Shown: piece after piece, positions 1-7,341 of the stretch
How the letters are laid out: the number at the start of each line of letters is the position of its first letter
Numbering within the stretch: the stretch's first letter is position 1
Assembly: GCA_004524445.1 (NCBI GenBank)
Contig: SDNP01000055.1
Span: 1-11,191, forward strand
Direction: 5' to 3'
Length of the DNA stretch: 11,191 bases
From: Candidatus Thorarchaeota archaeon
Lineage (GTDB): Archaea > Asgardarchaeota > Thorarchaeia > Thorarchaeales > Thorarchaeaceae
Made by a program: the position numbers and the translations under genes
Notes under the pieces: model-generated
Database searches by the model: none
What the model saw: the letters and a program-made list of their open reading frames with translations, nothing else
What the model was told of the DNA's origin: nothing

Positions 1-632
1 TCCTCCGTCACGAGGATGTCAGTTTCACTCATTCGTCGCTTATAGCCAATCCAGCCGTATTTTTCTAAAGCAGAAAGCAATGCAATGACTTCATCATCGG
101 AAAGATCAATCAAATCCATAATCTCTGAGACAGTACGTTTCCCATTAATGAAATTCTCAATTTTCTCTAGAGCCTTGTCGGTTGTGCCAACTCGAAATGG
201 GATGGTCTTGCCCTTTTTCTTATAGGGCACCATGGATATATCGGGACGGTCGTAAGGAAACTCTTTCAGAATGGTGAGGGCAAACTCCCTGAACCTACGC
301 ACGTCACCTTCGAATTTTTCCAATTTCGCTCCATGTTTTTCTTCAACTAGCTCCAAGATTTCCTTTAGCTTCTTGCGATAGGGTTTTTCATCCGTAACAG
401 GATCAGCAACAAGCAATACAAGGACGGTTTCGCCTACCTCAATCAAGATGTCATAGGCTGCTTTCCGAATAGTTCGAATGGGAGTCTTGGCAAATATGAT
501 AACAGCAGTAACAAAACCAGCAATGAGATCGGGGTCTACCGTCATGGAGGCATAAGGCAAATTCAGAATGGATTCACCGCCCTCCAGTCTGATTAGTGAT
601 ATGTACCGAACCTTTGAAACATCAGGTCCCAT
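1..632 (-). CDS. Longin-like domain + winged-helix protein, paralog of 722..1567 (3'-truncated by the window edge)
   Basis: Not in the ORF track; translated by hand from the ATG at 632: MGPDVSKVRYISLIRLEGGESILNLPYASMTVDPDLIAGFVTAVIIF...PYRKKLKEI...FEGDVRRFREFALTILKEFPY...IENFINGKRTVSEIMDL...LEKYGWIGYKRRMSETDILVTE. The frame is open to the edge. It aligns without gaps to the first ~125 aa of 722..1567. An alternative in-frame ATG lies at 659, and a GGAGG at 648-644 favours 632. Confidence 0.88.
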   Translation of the reverse strand, partial: MGPDVSKVRYISLIRLEGGESILNLPYASMTVDPDLIAGFVTAVIIFAKTPIRTIRKAAYDILIEVGETVLVLLVADPVTDEKPYRKKLKEILELVEEKHGAKLEKFEGDVRRFREFALTILKEFPYDRPDISMVPYKKKGKTIPFRVGTTDKALEKIENFINGKRTVSEIMDLIDLSDDEVIALLSALEKYGWIGYKRRMSETDILVTE

Positions 633-703
633 CTCGATGTTTCCCTCCTGAGCAAGCATATTTGAATCTGCCACGATATACAGCTCCAATGTAGAATTCC
701 GAT

Positions 704-720
704 AGGGTATAAGACCCTTT
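704..720 (-). promoter_or_regulatory. Possible BRE/TATA element for the downstream longin paralog
   Basis: The minus strand reads AAAGGGTCTTATACCCT, a purine run followed by TTATA, inside a small AGGGT-N5-ACCCT dyad in the gap between the paralogs. Confidence 0.3.
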
Positions 721-721
721 C

Positions 722-1567
722 CTACTTTGTGCCACTGATTCTTAGCACTCCTGTATCTATAAGATTTTTTATGAGGGTTTTGACGACTTCCATGCCGTAG
801 GGAAGCTCATCACAGATATCAGACAAGCTTCGGGTTCCGTCACACAACTCAACAATATGCTCGAGTTGGTTACCGTATACACCTATCAGGAATCTTGGCG
901 GATCAGAAACCTTGACAAGTTTTGAATCCGATTCCAGTTTTTTGCTCAGTGATATCCATTTGTATCTATAGAGCATTGAGAATATTCCCTCTATTTCATT
1001 TTGGTCGTATTTTGATGATTCCATTATCTCCAATATCGATCTCTTTCCATTGATGAAGCCCAGAATTTCTTGGATTTTCTCATCGGTTCGTCCTACACTC
1101 CATGGTATCTTCGCCTTCTGATCAGGCGCGGCCTTGCTGCTTTTCAAAAGCCGCGGCACCAACTCAAGATCAATATCAGAATACGGATAGATGCTCAAAA
1201 TATCAAGTGCATATTCTCTGAACGGTCGTATATCACCCTTCCAATTATTGAGAAGATCGTTATATTTCTCCTCAAAATCTGCAATTATCTTTTTCAAATT
1301 CTTCCTGTATGGTTCATCATCTTCGACTTTGTCCACAATAAGTAAGCCAACCACATGTTCCCCCTCTTCAATCACCACTACATATCCTTCCTTTGTGAAG
1401 GTCTTTAGGTCTCGATTCTCGAAGATGATAATAGCAAGGACAAAGCTAGCTACAAGGTCGGGGTCGACACTCATAGAGCGATATGGTATTCCTAAAATTG
1501 GCTCTCCGCCTGCCTTTCTAACGAGGCTGATATACCGCACCTTATCACTTTCTTCCTGCGAAACCAT
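722..1567 (-). CDS. Longin-like domain + two C-terminal winged-helix domains (281 aa)
   Basis: The N-terminal ~125 aa show the Asgard longin-like pattern (YISLV..GG.PIL, DPDLVASFVLAI, YVVVIEEGEHVVGLLIV, FEEKY..LLNNWKGD...F). Two wH-type repeats follow: ILGFINGKRSILEI...LYRYKWISL and IVELCDGTRSLSDI...LIDTGVLRI. Confidence 0.88.
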   Translation of the reverse strand: MVSQEESDKVRYISLVRKAGGEPILGIPYRSMSVDPDLVASFVLAIIIFENRDLKTFTKEGYVVVIEEGEHVVGLLIVDKVEDDEPYRKNLKKIIADFEEKYNDLLNNWKGDIRPFREYALDILSIYPYSDIDLELVPRLLKSSKAAPDQKAKIPWSVGRTDEKIQEILGFINGKRSILEIMESSKYDQNEIEGIFSMLYRYKWISLSKKLESDSKLVKVSDPPRFLIGVYGNQLEHIVELCDGTRSLSDICDELPYGMEVVKTLIKNLIDTGVLRISGTK

Positions 1568-1592
1568 AGTACTATTTGGTTATGCAGCCTTC

Positions 1593-1600
1593 TATAATAA
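1593..1600 (-). promoter_or_regulatory. Putative archaeal TATA box (leaderless or short-leader transcript) for 722..1567
   Basis: The minus strand reads TTATTATA, ending 26 nt upstream of the ATG at 1567, which is the usual archaeal spacing. Confidence 0.45.
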
Positions 1601-1605
1601 GATAT

Positions 1606-2493
1606 TCAGAGGAAATGCTCTAGTCCTGACTGCATAATGGTTTCAGGTGGAAACTTGAGTTGAGCAAGATCGTACCCCAGGAGTCGCCGTAGGTCCGCTA
1701 TAAATAAAGCAGATTTTCTTTCCACCAAGATATTGCTTCCTTTGACGCCGCAAATTCGGCCATCCAACATTGAATTCTCCATTGATGCATTACTTTCCAG
1801 CCAAGTTAGTGGTTCAGAGGGTAGTGTTTTAAAACCGTAATAGCAGGATAAGTCGATTATCTCGGGGCGCTGGTGAAGCTTGGCAAAGTCCATTTCCTCA
1901 ATCACCTCGAGGATTATCTCTTCCGCGGCTGCTGCATTCAACCTCATAGACATACTTGACTGCTTTCGAGTGCGATGAACAGCATCAGAAATATCAGTCC
2001 TCTTGGCTACAATCCGCTCTGTCTTTCGAGCCTCCTGTCCGCCCTCAACTTCAGCAATGATAGCACCGTAGTCGGCACCCTGCTCTATCCAACGCAACAA
2101 TATCCTACTCATGCTGGAAACGCCCACCTTTATTATATCATTACCAAACAAGGCGAGATACACTCCATAAGGAGTTTCCATGCATTGTTTCTGTCTTTCT
2201 TCATTTGCAAGACATGTATCACCTCGGCACCGGATACAAGGAGAGTACTCATCGAGTCTGGAACAGCCTCGGCAACGGATTTGATTTCTTCTTAGAACGG
2301 AGTCATTCGGACATGGCTGCCATCCGGTGTCTTGGTAATACCCAGTACATCTTCGGGGTCCTGTGATCCTCCAATGGATATTCTTTCCTAGCTGAATAGG
2401 CATCTCCTCTCGGTTGCCATTACTATTCTGAAAATGGAGATACGGTTGAAATCTTCCTTTCAGACTACGCCAACCCGTATCTATAATATGCAT
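1606..2493 (-). CDS. DUF2797 domain-containing protein (Cys-rich zinc-binding region + GIY-YIG-like core), 295 aa
   Basis: Motifs RRCTGY...CP...CRGC...CIRC...C...C and PYGVYLA...IKVGVS...RWIEQGA, with C-terminal GRICGVKG and DLRRLLGY, are typical of DUF2797. Start moved to the ATG at 2493 (MHIIDTGW) to avoid a 95-nt overlap with the upstream gene, which ends at 2504. Confidence 0.85.
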   Translation of the reverse strand: MHIIDTGWRSLKGRFQPYLHFQNSNGNREEMPIQLGKNIHWRITGPRRCTGYYQDTGWQPCPNDSVLRRNQIRCRGCSRLDEYSPCIRCRGDTCLANEERQKQCMETPYGVYLALFGNDIIKVGVSSMSRILLRWIEQGADYGAIIAEVEGGQEARKTERIVAKRTDISDAVHRTRKQSSMSMRLNAAAAEEIILEVIEEMDFAKLHQRPEIIDLSCYYGFKTLPSEPLTWLESNASMENSMLDGRICGVKGSNILVERKSALFIADLRRLLGYDLAQLKFPPETIMQSGLEHFL

Positions 2494-2503
2494 GTATAAA
2501 GCC

Positions 2504-3550
2504 TCAGAAGAATCGAGATGACCCAGGCCCAATTTGCATCCATTCTGTTCCGGCAATGCCCAGATCTGTACCACATTTCGGACACTTGCCTTCTTCATCT
2601 AGATTATTTCTTTTCAGAAATACAGAATATCTTTCAACGGCTTTGAAGCCACAATTTGGGCATATGGTATTTTCATAATCATGACCGGGTATATTACCTG
2701 AGTAGACATACTCCAATCCCGCGTCCTTGGCAATGGTGATGTGGGCTTCTATCACGCTAGCTGGGGTTCGAGGAAGATGGGTTATCTTGTAGGTTGGTGA
2801 GAAAGCAGTGATGTGAAATGGGGTCTTGGAACCAAGATTCTCCACTGTCCAAGTTGCAAGTTCTCTTGTATCATCTCTAAAGTCACCAATTTGGGGAATG
2901 ATTAGATTTGTTATCTCAATGAAGATATTCTTCTGGCTCATGTATTCCATCGCTTCAAAAATTGGCTCAACCTTTGGAACCTCCATATATTCCTTGTAGA
3001 ATCCCTTGTTCCCACTACCCTTGAAATTGACAGACGCTGCATCTAGATATGGAGATATGTAATCGATTGCCTCCCGTGTAAGATACCCATTTGTGACAAA
3101 TGTATTGTACATTCCTTCTTCATGTGCTATTTTTGCAGTATCATGGGCTATTTCCATGAAGATGGTCGGTTCAGTATAGGTATAGGTTATGCCTTGGCAA
3201 TCATGGTCTTTAGCCATGTCCACAATTTCATGAGGCGAGAATTCTCTTCCAACGGGGTGCTCTCTATGGGCACTATGGTAGTTTAGGCAGAACTTGCATC
3301 TGAAATTGCACGACGAAGTGCTGATTGAAAATGTATGCGACCCAGGTGCGAAATGAAATAGAGGCTTCTTTTCCACGGGATCTGCTGCCATCCCATCAAT
3401 TAGTCCATATACTTTAGTATGGAGCATTCCATCCTCTAGATGCCTCACTCGACAAAATCCTGTTTCACCCTCATGAATTACACACCTTCGTGCACAGAGG
3501 TCACATCTCACCCCGCCGGGTATTTCCGAATATAGCCGTGCTTCCTTCAT
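2504..3550 (-). CDS. amrS: AmmeMemoRadiSam system radical SAM enzyme
   Basis: N-terminal VRCDLCARRC...GFCRVR, then DPVEKKPLFHFAPG, the radical SAM motif CNFRCKFC, YTYTEPTIF and FVTNGY. C-terminal YVYSGN...NTICPNCG...CPKCG. All are characteristic of this family. Confidence 0.95.
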   Translation of the reverse strand: MKEARLYSEIPGGVRCDLCARRCVIHEGETGFCRVRHLEDGMLHTKVYGLIDGMAADPVEKKPLFHFAPGSHTFSISTSSCNFRCKFCLNYHSAHREHPVGREFSPHEIVDMAKDHDCQGITYTYTEPTIFMEIAHDTAKIAHEEGMYNTFVTNGYLTREAIDYISPYLDAASVNFKGSGNKGFYKEYMEVPKVEPIFEAMEYMSQKNIFIEITNLIIPQIGDFRDDTRELATWTVENLGSKTPFHITAFSPTYKITHLPRTPASVIEAHITIAKDAGLEYVYSGNIPGHDYENTICPNCGFKAVERYSVFLKRNNLDEEGKCPKCGTDLGIAGTEWMQIGPGSSRFF

Positions 3551-3686
3551 CTTTGCATATTCTACTCGAGATAGCTCTTATGCGTGTTTTGGTACAGATA
3601 GGAACAATTCTTGAGAAAACACGAAAGTTGGTAGGAAAAAGACATCATTAAAAGCATTCCATTCCAAATATTTACTGGCGGTCTGA

Positions 3687-4130
3687 ATGAATAATCCGGA
3701 TGGTCTGCGTAAAGTGAGTGGACTGCTGGAATCGGTTACGTCTAGAAATCGTTCATTTTTGGATAAATGTGCTGACACAAAACTGATGGCTGTAAGAAAC
3801 CCTAATCGAGCACATCAAACGTATAAAGCGTTGGCCATACAATTGATAGCAAATAGTGAGGGCAATTTTGGTAGAAGTGATAATTGTCTGAAATATATGG
3901 AAAAGATTCGATATGATTTGGATTCGGATAGTCTGAATGCTTCTCTTTTGGATGTCATGCAGAATCTCAGGTCATCTTATTTCGAAGACGTCCTTCGACC
4001 GGCCGTTAGACAGTATCTATCAGGTCAGGGATCTTCAAAAGAAGTCCTCGAAAATCTCTACGAATCCGTATTGCATCTAGATGGTTTGGTAGAAACTCTT
4101 GGCTTCATAGCCAAGCTGCAGCATACCTAG
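3687..4130 (+). CDS. Hypothetical all-alpha protein (147 aa)
   Basis: ATG-started ORF that fills the gap between amrS (divergent) and the coiled-coil gene (convergent, 13-nt gap). It has amphipathic helical patterning and no family I recognise. Confidence 0.72.
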   Translation: MNNPDGLRKVSGLLESVTSRNRSFLDKCADTKLMAVRNPNRAHQTYKALAIQLIANSEGNFGRSDNCLKYMEKIRYDLDSDSLNASLLDVMQNLRSSYFEDVLRPAVRQYLSGQGSSKEVLENLYESVLHLDGLVETLGFIAKLQHT

Positions 4131-4143
4131 CAAGCTCCGAATG

Positions 4144-5598
4144 CTACTCCGAGTCTTCAATTAGGTCCTCTGCAAGGACCAATGTTTTGTTGTCTCTGAT
4201 ACTGGCAAGCCCCAGATCAACAAAATCATTAGCCCATTGTGAAACAATAGCGGGCGAAACACCAAGCGAGCGGGCTATCTCCCGAATTTCCATTTCTCTA
4301 TTATCTTCAACCATGAGGAATGCTTTGGTCTTCTCTGAAGAAGCCATTAGGTCCAAATATCCATTCAGGCGAGCGGTGGTGGTTTCAGCTTGGTTTTGTG
4401 CCTTTTCCAATTCCAAGCTCAACCGTTGATTACGCGACTGCTCACGGTCCAGTTCAGCCTTCAAGCGCTCAGCTTCTCTCATTATGTCACCGGATTCATA
4501 GTCTCGGACCATGGATCGAAGTTCGTCAATTTCGGAAAATCTCTCCGATGCCTTCTCAAGCTCGGATTTGACGGATGAAAGTTGATTCTGAAGTTCCTGC
4601 TCACTTAGCTCCGTCTTTGCAAGTTTATCCTTTAGTTCAGTAACTGTCTTCTCTGATTGTTTCTGAGCCCTACTTAATTGGGTGATTTCATCTTCAAGTA
4701 GTTCTTTTTCAGTTTCCAGTGCCTTCACGCTTTTGCGAAGGTTCGCAACCATTTCTGTATCAGTGGCGGGCGTTTCCTTCGCTTTACGGATAGCATTTTC
4801 GAGATTCTCATTTCTTGCTTTGGTTGCCGCCAAATTTGTTTGAAGAGCAGTAATTTCAGCTTCTCGATTTTCCAGTTTATCATTGAGCAGTTCGACTTCA
4901 TTCCGTAGACGTCGCAATTGGCGTTCCTGTTCCTCGACTTTCTCTTTCACTTCCTTTGGAATCTCAACTTTAGGCTTCATGCTCACTTCTTTTGAAAGAA
5001 ACTCGATTTCGGTGCCGGCTCTCTGACCGTAGTCATCAATAGAAGCTTTAAGATGGGAAAACTCTTCATTCAGAATTCCAACCGATTCTTTGAACGTATC
5101 AGTTAGGTCGCGTATCTTTTCCAAAATCGGAGCAGACATTCCTGAGGTGAGAGTCGCTTCAATCTCCGAAAATTGTTCATCGCAGATTGATTTTACTGTG
5201 TTCTCAACGAAATTTGCTTGTAAATTTGTTTTTGCCCGTCGTTTGCTTCTACCAATTATATTAGTCTTTAGACCAACTAGGTCACCCTTCAAGCGTACCA
5301 AGAAAGAAAGAACAACTGGGACCAAATCACTCTCTACGCGATCAACAAAGTTCTCGATTTTCATCATGTCGCGTTCAACGAGATTCAAATTCTCTCTGAG
5401 TCGCTCTCTGCTTTTCTCGATTTCCATCTGTCTACGAATCTGTTCAGCAGTTGCAACTTTCACCACATCGCTGGACATTCGTCCTGATTCGACAAGCTCT
5501 TGTCGCATTGCATCATCAACGCCAAGTTCTGACAACATATCATCGACTACTCTGTCCTGATCGTTTCTTGACGGCTTTTTTTCGTTATCTTCTGGCAT
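4144..5598 (-). CDS. Long coiled-coil protein with C-terminal winged helix-turn-helix (484 aa)
   Basis: E/K/L/Q/R-rich heptads over about aa 215-415. The C-terminus KAFLMVEDNREMEIREIARSLGVSPAIVSQWANDFVDLGLASIRDNKTLVL fits a wHTH. No Walker A/B motif and no transmembrane segment. Confidence 0.9.
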   Translation of the reverse strand: MPEDNEKKPSRNDQDRVVDDMLSELGVDDAMRQELVESGRMSSDVVKVATAEQIRRQMEIEKSRERLRENLNLVERDMMKIENFVDRVESDLVPVVLSFLVRLKGDLVGLKTNIIGRSKRRAKTNLQANFVENTVKSICDEQFSEIEATLTSGMSAPILEKIRDLTDTFKESVGILNEEFSHLKASIDDYGQRAGTEIEFLSKEVSMKPKVEIPKEVKEKVEEQERQLRRLRNEVELLNDKLENREAEITALQTNLAATKARNENLENAIRKAKETPATDTEMVANLRKSVKALETEKELLEDEITQLSRAQKQSEKTVTELKDKLAKTELSEQELQNQLSSVKSELEKASERFSEIDELRSMVRDYESGDIMREAERLKAELDREQSRNQRLSLELEKAQNQAETTTARLNGYLDLMASSEKTKAFLMVEDNREMEIREIARSLGVSPAIVSQWANDFVDLGLASIRDNKTLVLAEDLIEDSE

Positions 5599-5704
5599 CT
5601 CAGAACCCCAAGAATCTCACCCTGACTGGGCAATAGATGATGACTAGCTAATAACACATAAATCTATTCTCTAGACATTCAAATATGATTCTGAGGTCCC
5701 GTCG

Positions 5705-6541
5705 GTGCGTTTGTTCATTGAGATGCAAGCTAACATTGAAAATCGAGACTCAGTTCGTATTAGGGACGGTCGACTCGTCTGGCACATGTTCACGGATATG
5801 GATAACCAGTTCGTTGAAACCATAGATGTGTTTCCGCCAGCGAGGGTTTCAGAGAAGGCCGAGAGGAATATTGTAGCAATCATGAAGGTACCAGAGCTAA
5901 ATCCGGGTGAGAGTTTTTCCCCCACAGTAATCCTCCGAATTGATACAATATCGAGAGACTGGCTCATAGAACCCCAAGAAACACCTGAAGAAATGGTAAA
6001 ACGCGTCCAATCGGGATACTGCAAAATGCAGAAGTATTGGGAACTTGGCGATGACACAGTTCAGGAGTTATCTCAAAGAATAGCCGAGAGAAGCAATAGC
6101 GATGAAGCCTATTCCAGGATTGCAGTGAAGGTAGTAAGAGAACACATGAAACTGAAGACACATCTTGATACCCGTCTAGGTGCAGCCAGAGCCGCCCTAG
6201 AACAAGAGGGCGATTGTGATGAACATGCAGACCTTTTTATTTCACTAACTAGGGCAGTCAGAATCCCTTCTCGGAGAGTCATCGGACATCTATTCAGGGG
6301 AAACCCCGAACCAGAGCCTCATGCGTGGTGTGAGGTTTTTCTAAGAAACAAAGGTTGGATACCAGTTGATCCAGCGTTAGGGCAATTTGGCATCCTGACA
6401 GAAGACTATTTCTCGCGGGTTAGAGAAGGACTGGTTCCAGAGAGACCAACCATTCAGATGAAGATGTCAGCTTCCTCATCAAACCCAGTGGCGATAGAGG
6501 AGAAGGTAAGAATGAGGGTCTTAAGAAATGGCGAGGATTAG
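5705..6541 (+). CDS. Transglutaminase-like (Cys-His-Asp) domain protein
   Basis: Catalytic triad motifs GDCDEHADLF...RAVRIPSR, PHAWCEV and GWIPVDP. GTG start with GAGGT (5693-5697) 7 nt upstream. No signal peptide. Confidence 0.92.
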   Translation: MRLFIEMQANIENRDSVRIRDGRLVWHMFTDMDNQFVETIDVFPPARVSEKAERNIVAIMKVPELNPGESFSPTVILRIDTISRDWLIEPQETPEEMVKRVQSGYCKMQKYWELGDDTVQELSQRIAERSNSDEAYSRIAVKVVREHMKLKTHLDTRLGAARAALEQEGDCDEHADLFISLTRAVRIPSRRVIGHLFRGNPEPEPHAWCEVFLRNKGWIPVDPALGQFGILTEDYFSRVREGLVPERPTIQMKMSASSSNPVAIEEKVRMRVLRNGED

Positions 6542-7269
6542 AGCCGGTTCATTGCCCCTGATTCCTGCAGAGTCGTAAGAAGTTCAGCTCCAAAGTGCCA
6601 GGATGAATGGGTATCAAAAATACAGCACTTCACCTTCGGAAGAAGGTGGGTGTCTAATGCCGACCTTAGTGTTGAAGCGAGACGATGTGTCATCATCTCA
6701 CCATAAGCAGCTACTTGGGGAAGAGATTCCATGAACCGTTTTGTAGTGGAATCCAGAGACCCTGGCTTATAATCACACACCTGCACGGCGTCATCGACTA
6801 TTCTAACTAGGTCAATATGACCGGTTAGATGAAGACGTTCAGACCAGACTGGAACCTCAATTGCTACAGATTTGCGGTCGGCGGTTAGAAAGTCCTTCAC
6901 TATGGTGTGGTCAGACTGATATGATGGGTCTCCACGGTTTCGATGTAATTCCCGAATTCGATCTACTAATTCATCATCAAAAGATATGTGGAGTGCATCT
7001 GCCTTTTCAAGTCGTTTCCGCAATCGAACCTTTACGTGTGGTGGTCTGCGCCTCAATCGCAAGGAGGATGCTCTCTGATAAAATGGGTCACGGAAAAATG
7101 ACTCTGGGGTTTTTCCATTGATGATTTGCGTAAGATGTGCCCATAATGCTGCTGAATCACCCGAATCCTTTCCGAAATCCTGATGGTGCGAACGATTCCA
7201 ATGGAAAGCATAGGCAATCTTGCCATGCTGGAAGTCACATCGGACAATATCGTTGGACCCACTATTCAT
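6538..7269 (-). CDS. PD-(D/E)XK nuclease superfamily protein (RecB-like motif set)
   Basis: Motifs AIEVPVW, LTGHIDLV, CDYKP and QVAAY give the E...D...DxK...QxxxY pattern. Its stop overlaps the convergent transglutaminase stop (6538-6541). Confidence 0.85.
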   Translation of the reverse strand: MNSGSNDIVRCDFQHGKIAYAFHWNRSHHQDFGKDSGDSAALWAHLTQIINGKTPESFFRDPFYQRASSLRLRRRPPHVKVRLRKRLEKADALHISFDDELVDRIRELHRNRGDPSYQSDHTIVKDFLTADRKSVAIEVPVWSERLHLTGHIDLVRIVDDAVQVCDYKPGSLDSTTKRFMESLPQVAAYGEMMTHRLASTLRSALDTHLLPKVKCCIFDTHSSWHFGAELLTTLQESGAMNRL

Positions 7270-7341
7270 GGCGACTCAAATTTTTGTCAAGCGCCAATCT
7301 TTTTAATGCACCGAAGAATTGGGATTCAAGAGGTACTTGGT

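Noticed and set aside
1070-2295. Plus-strand ORFs 1070..1345, 1191..1637 and 1975..2295
   Set aside because: They are antisense shadows of well-supported minus-strand genes and have no recognisable motifs.
2494-2598. 35-aa N-terminal extension of the DUF2797 ORF
   Set aside because: It overlaps the conserved C-terminus of amrS. The ATG at 2493 gives a normal 10-nt gap.
3578-3778. 66-aa minus-strand ORF
   Set aside because: It overlaps the 147-aa ORF and the divergent promoter region and has no protein-like features.
4144-5598. SMC/Rad50 annotation for the coiled-coil protein
   Set aside because: There is no Walker A, Walker B, signature motif, hinge or zinc hook.
4187-6161. Short ORFs antisense to the coiled-coil and transglutaminase genes
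   Set aside because: They are shadow ORFs. Several are Ser/Phe/Leu-rich, as expected from the reverse complement of Glu/Lys-rich coding sequence.
6538-7269. Cas4 or CRISPR-associated call
   Set aside because: There is no four-Cys Fe-S motif, and no cas genes or repeat-spacer array in the window.
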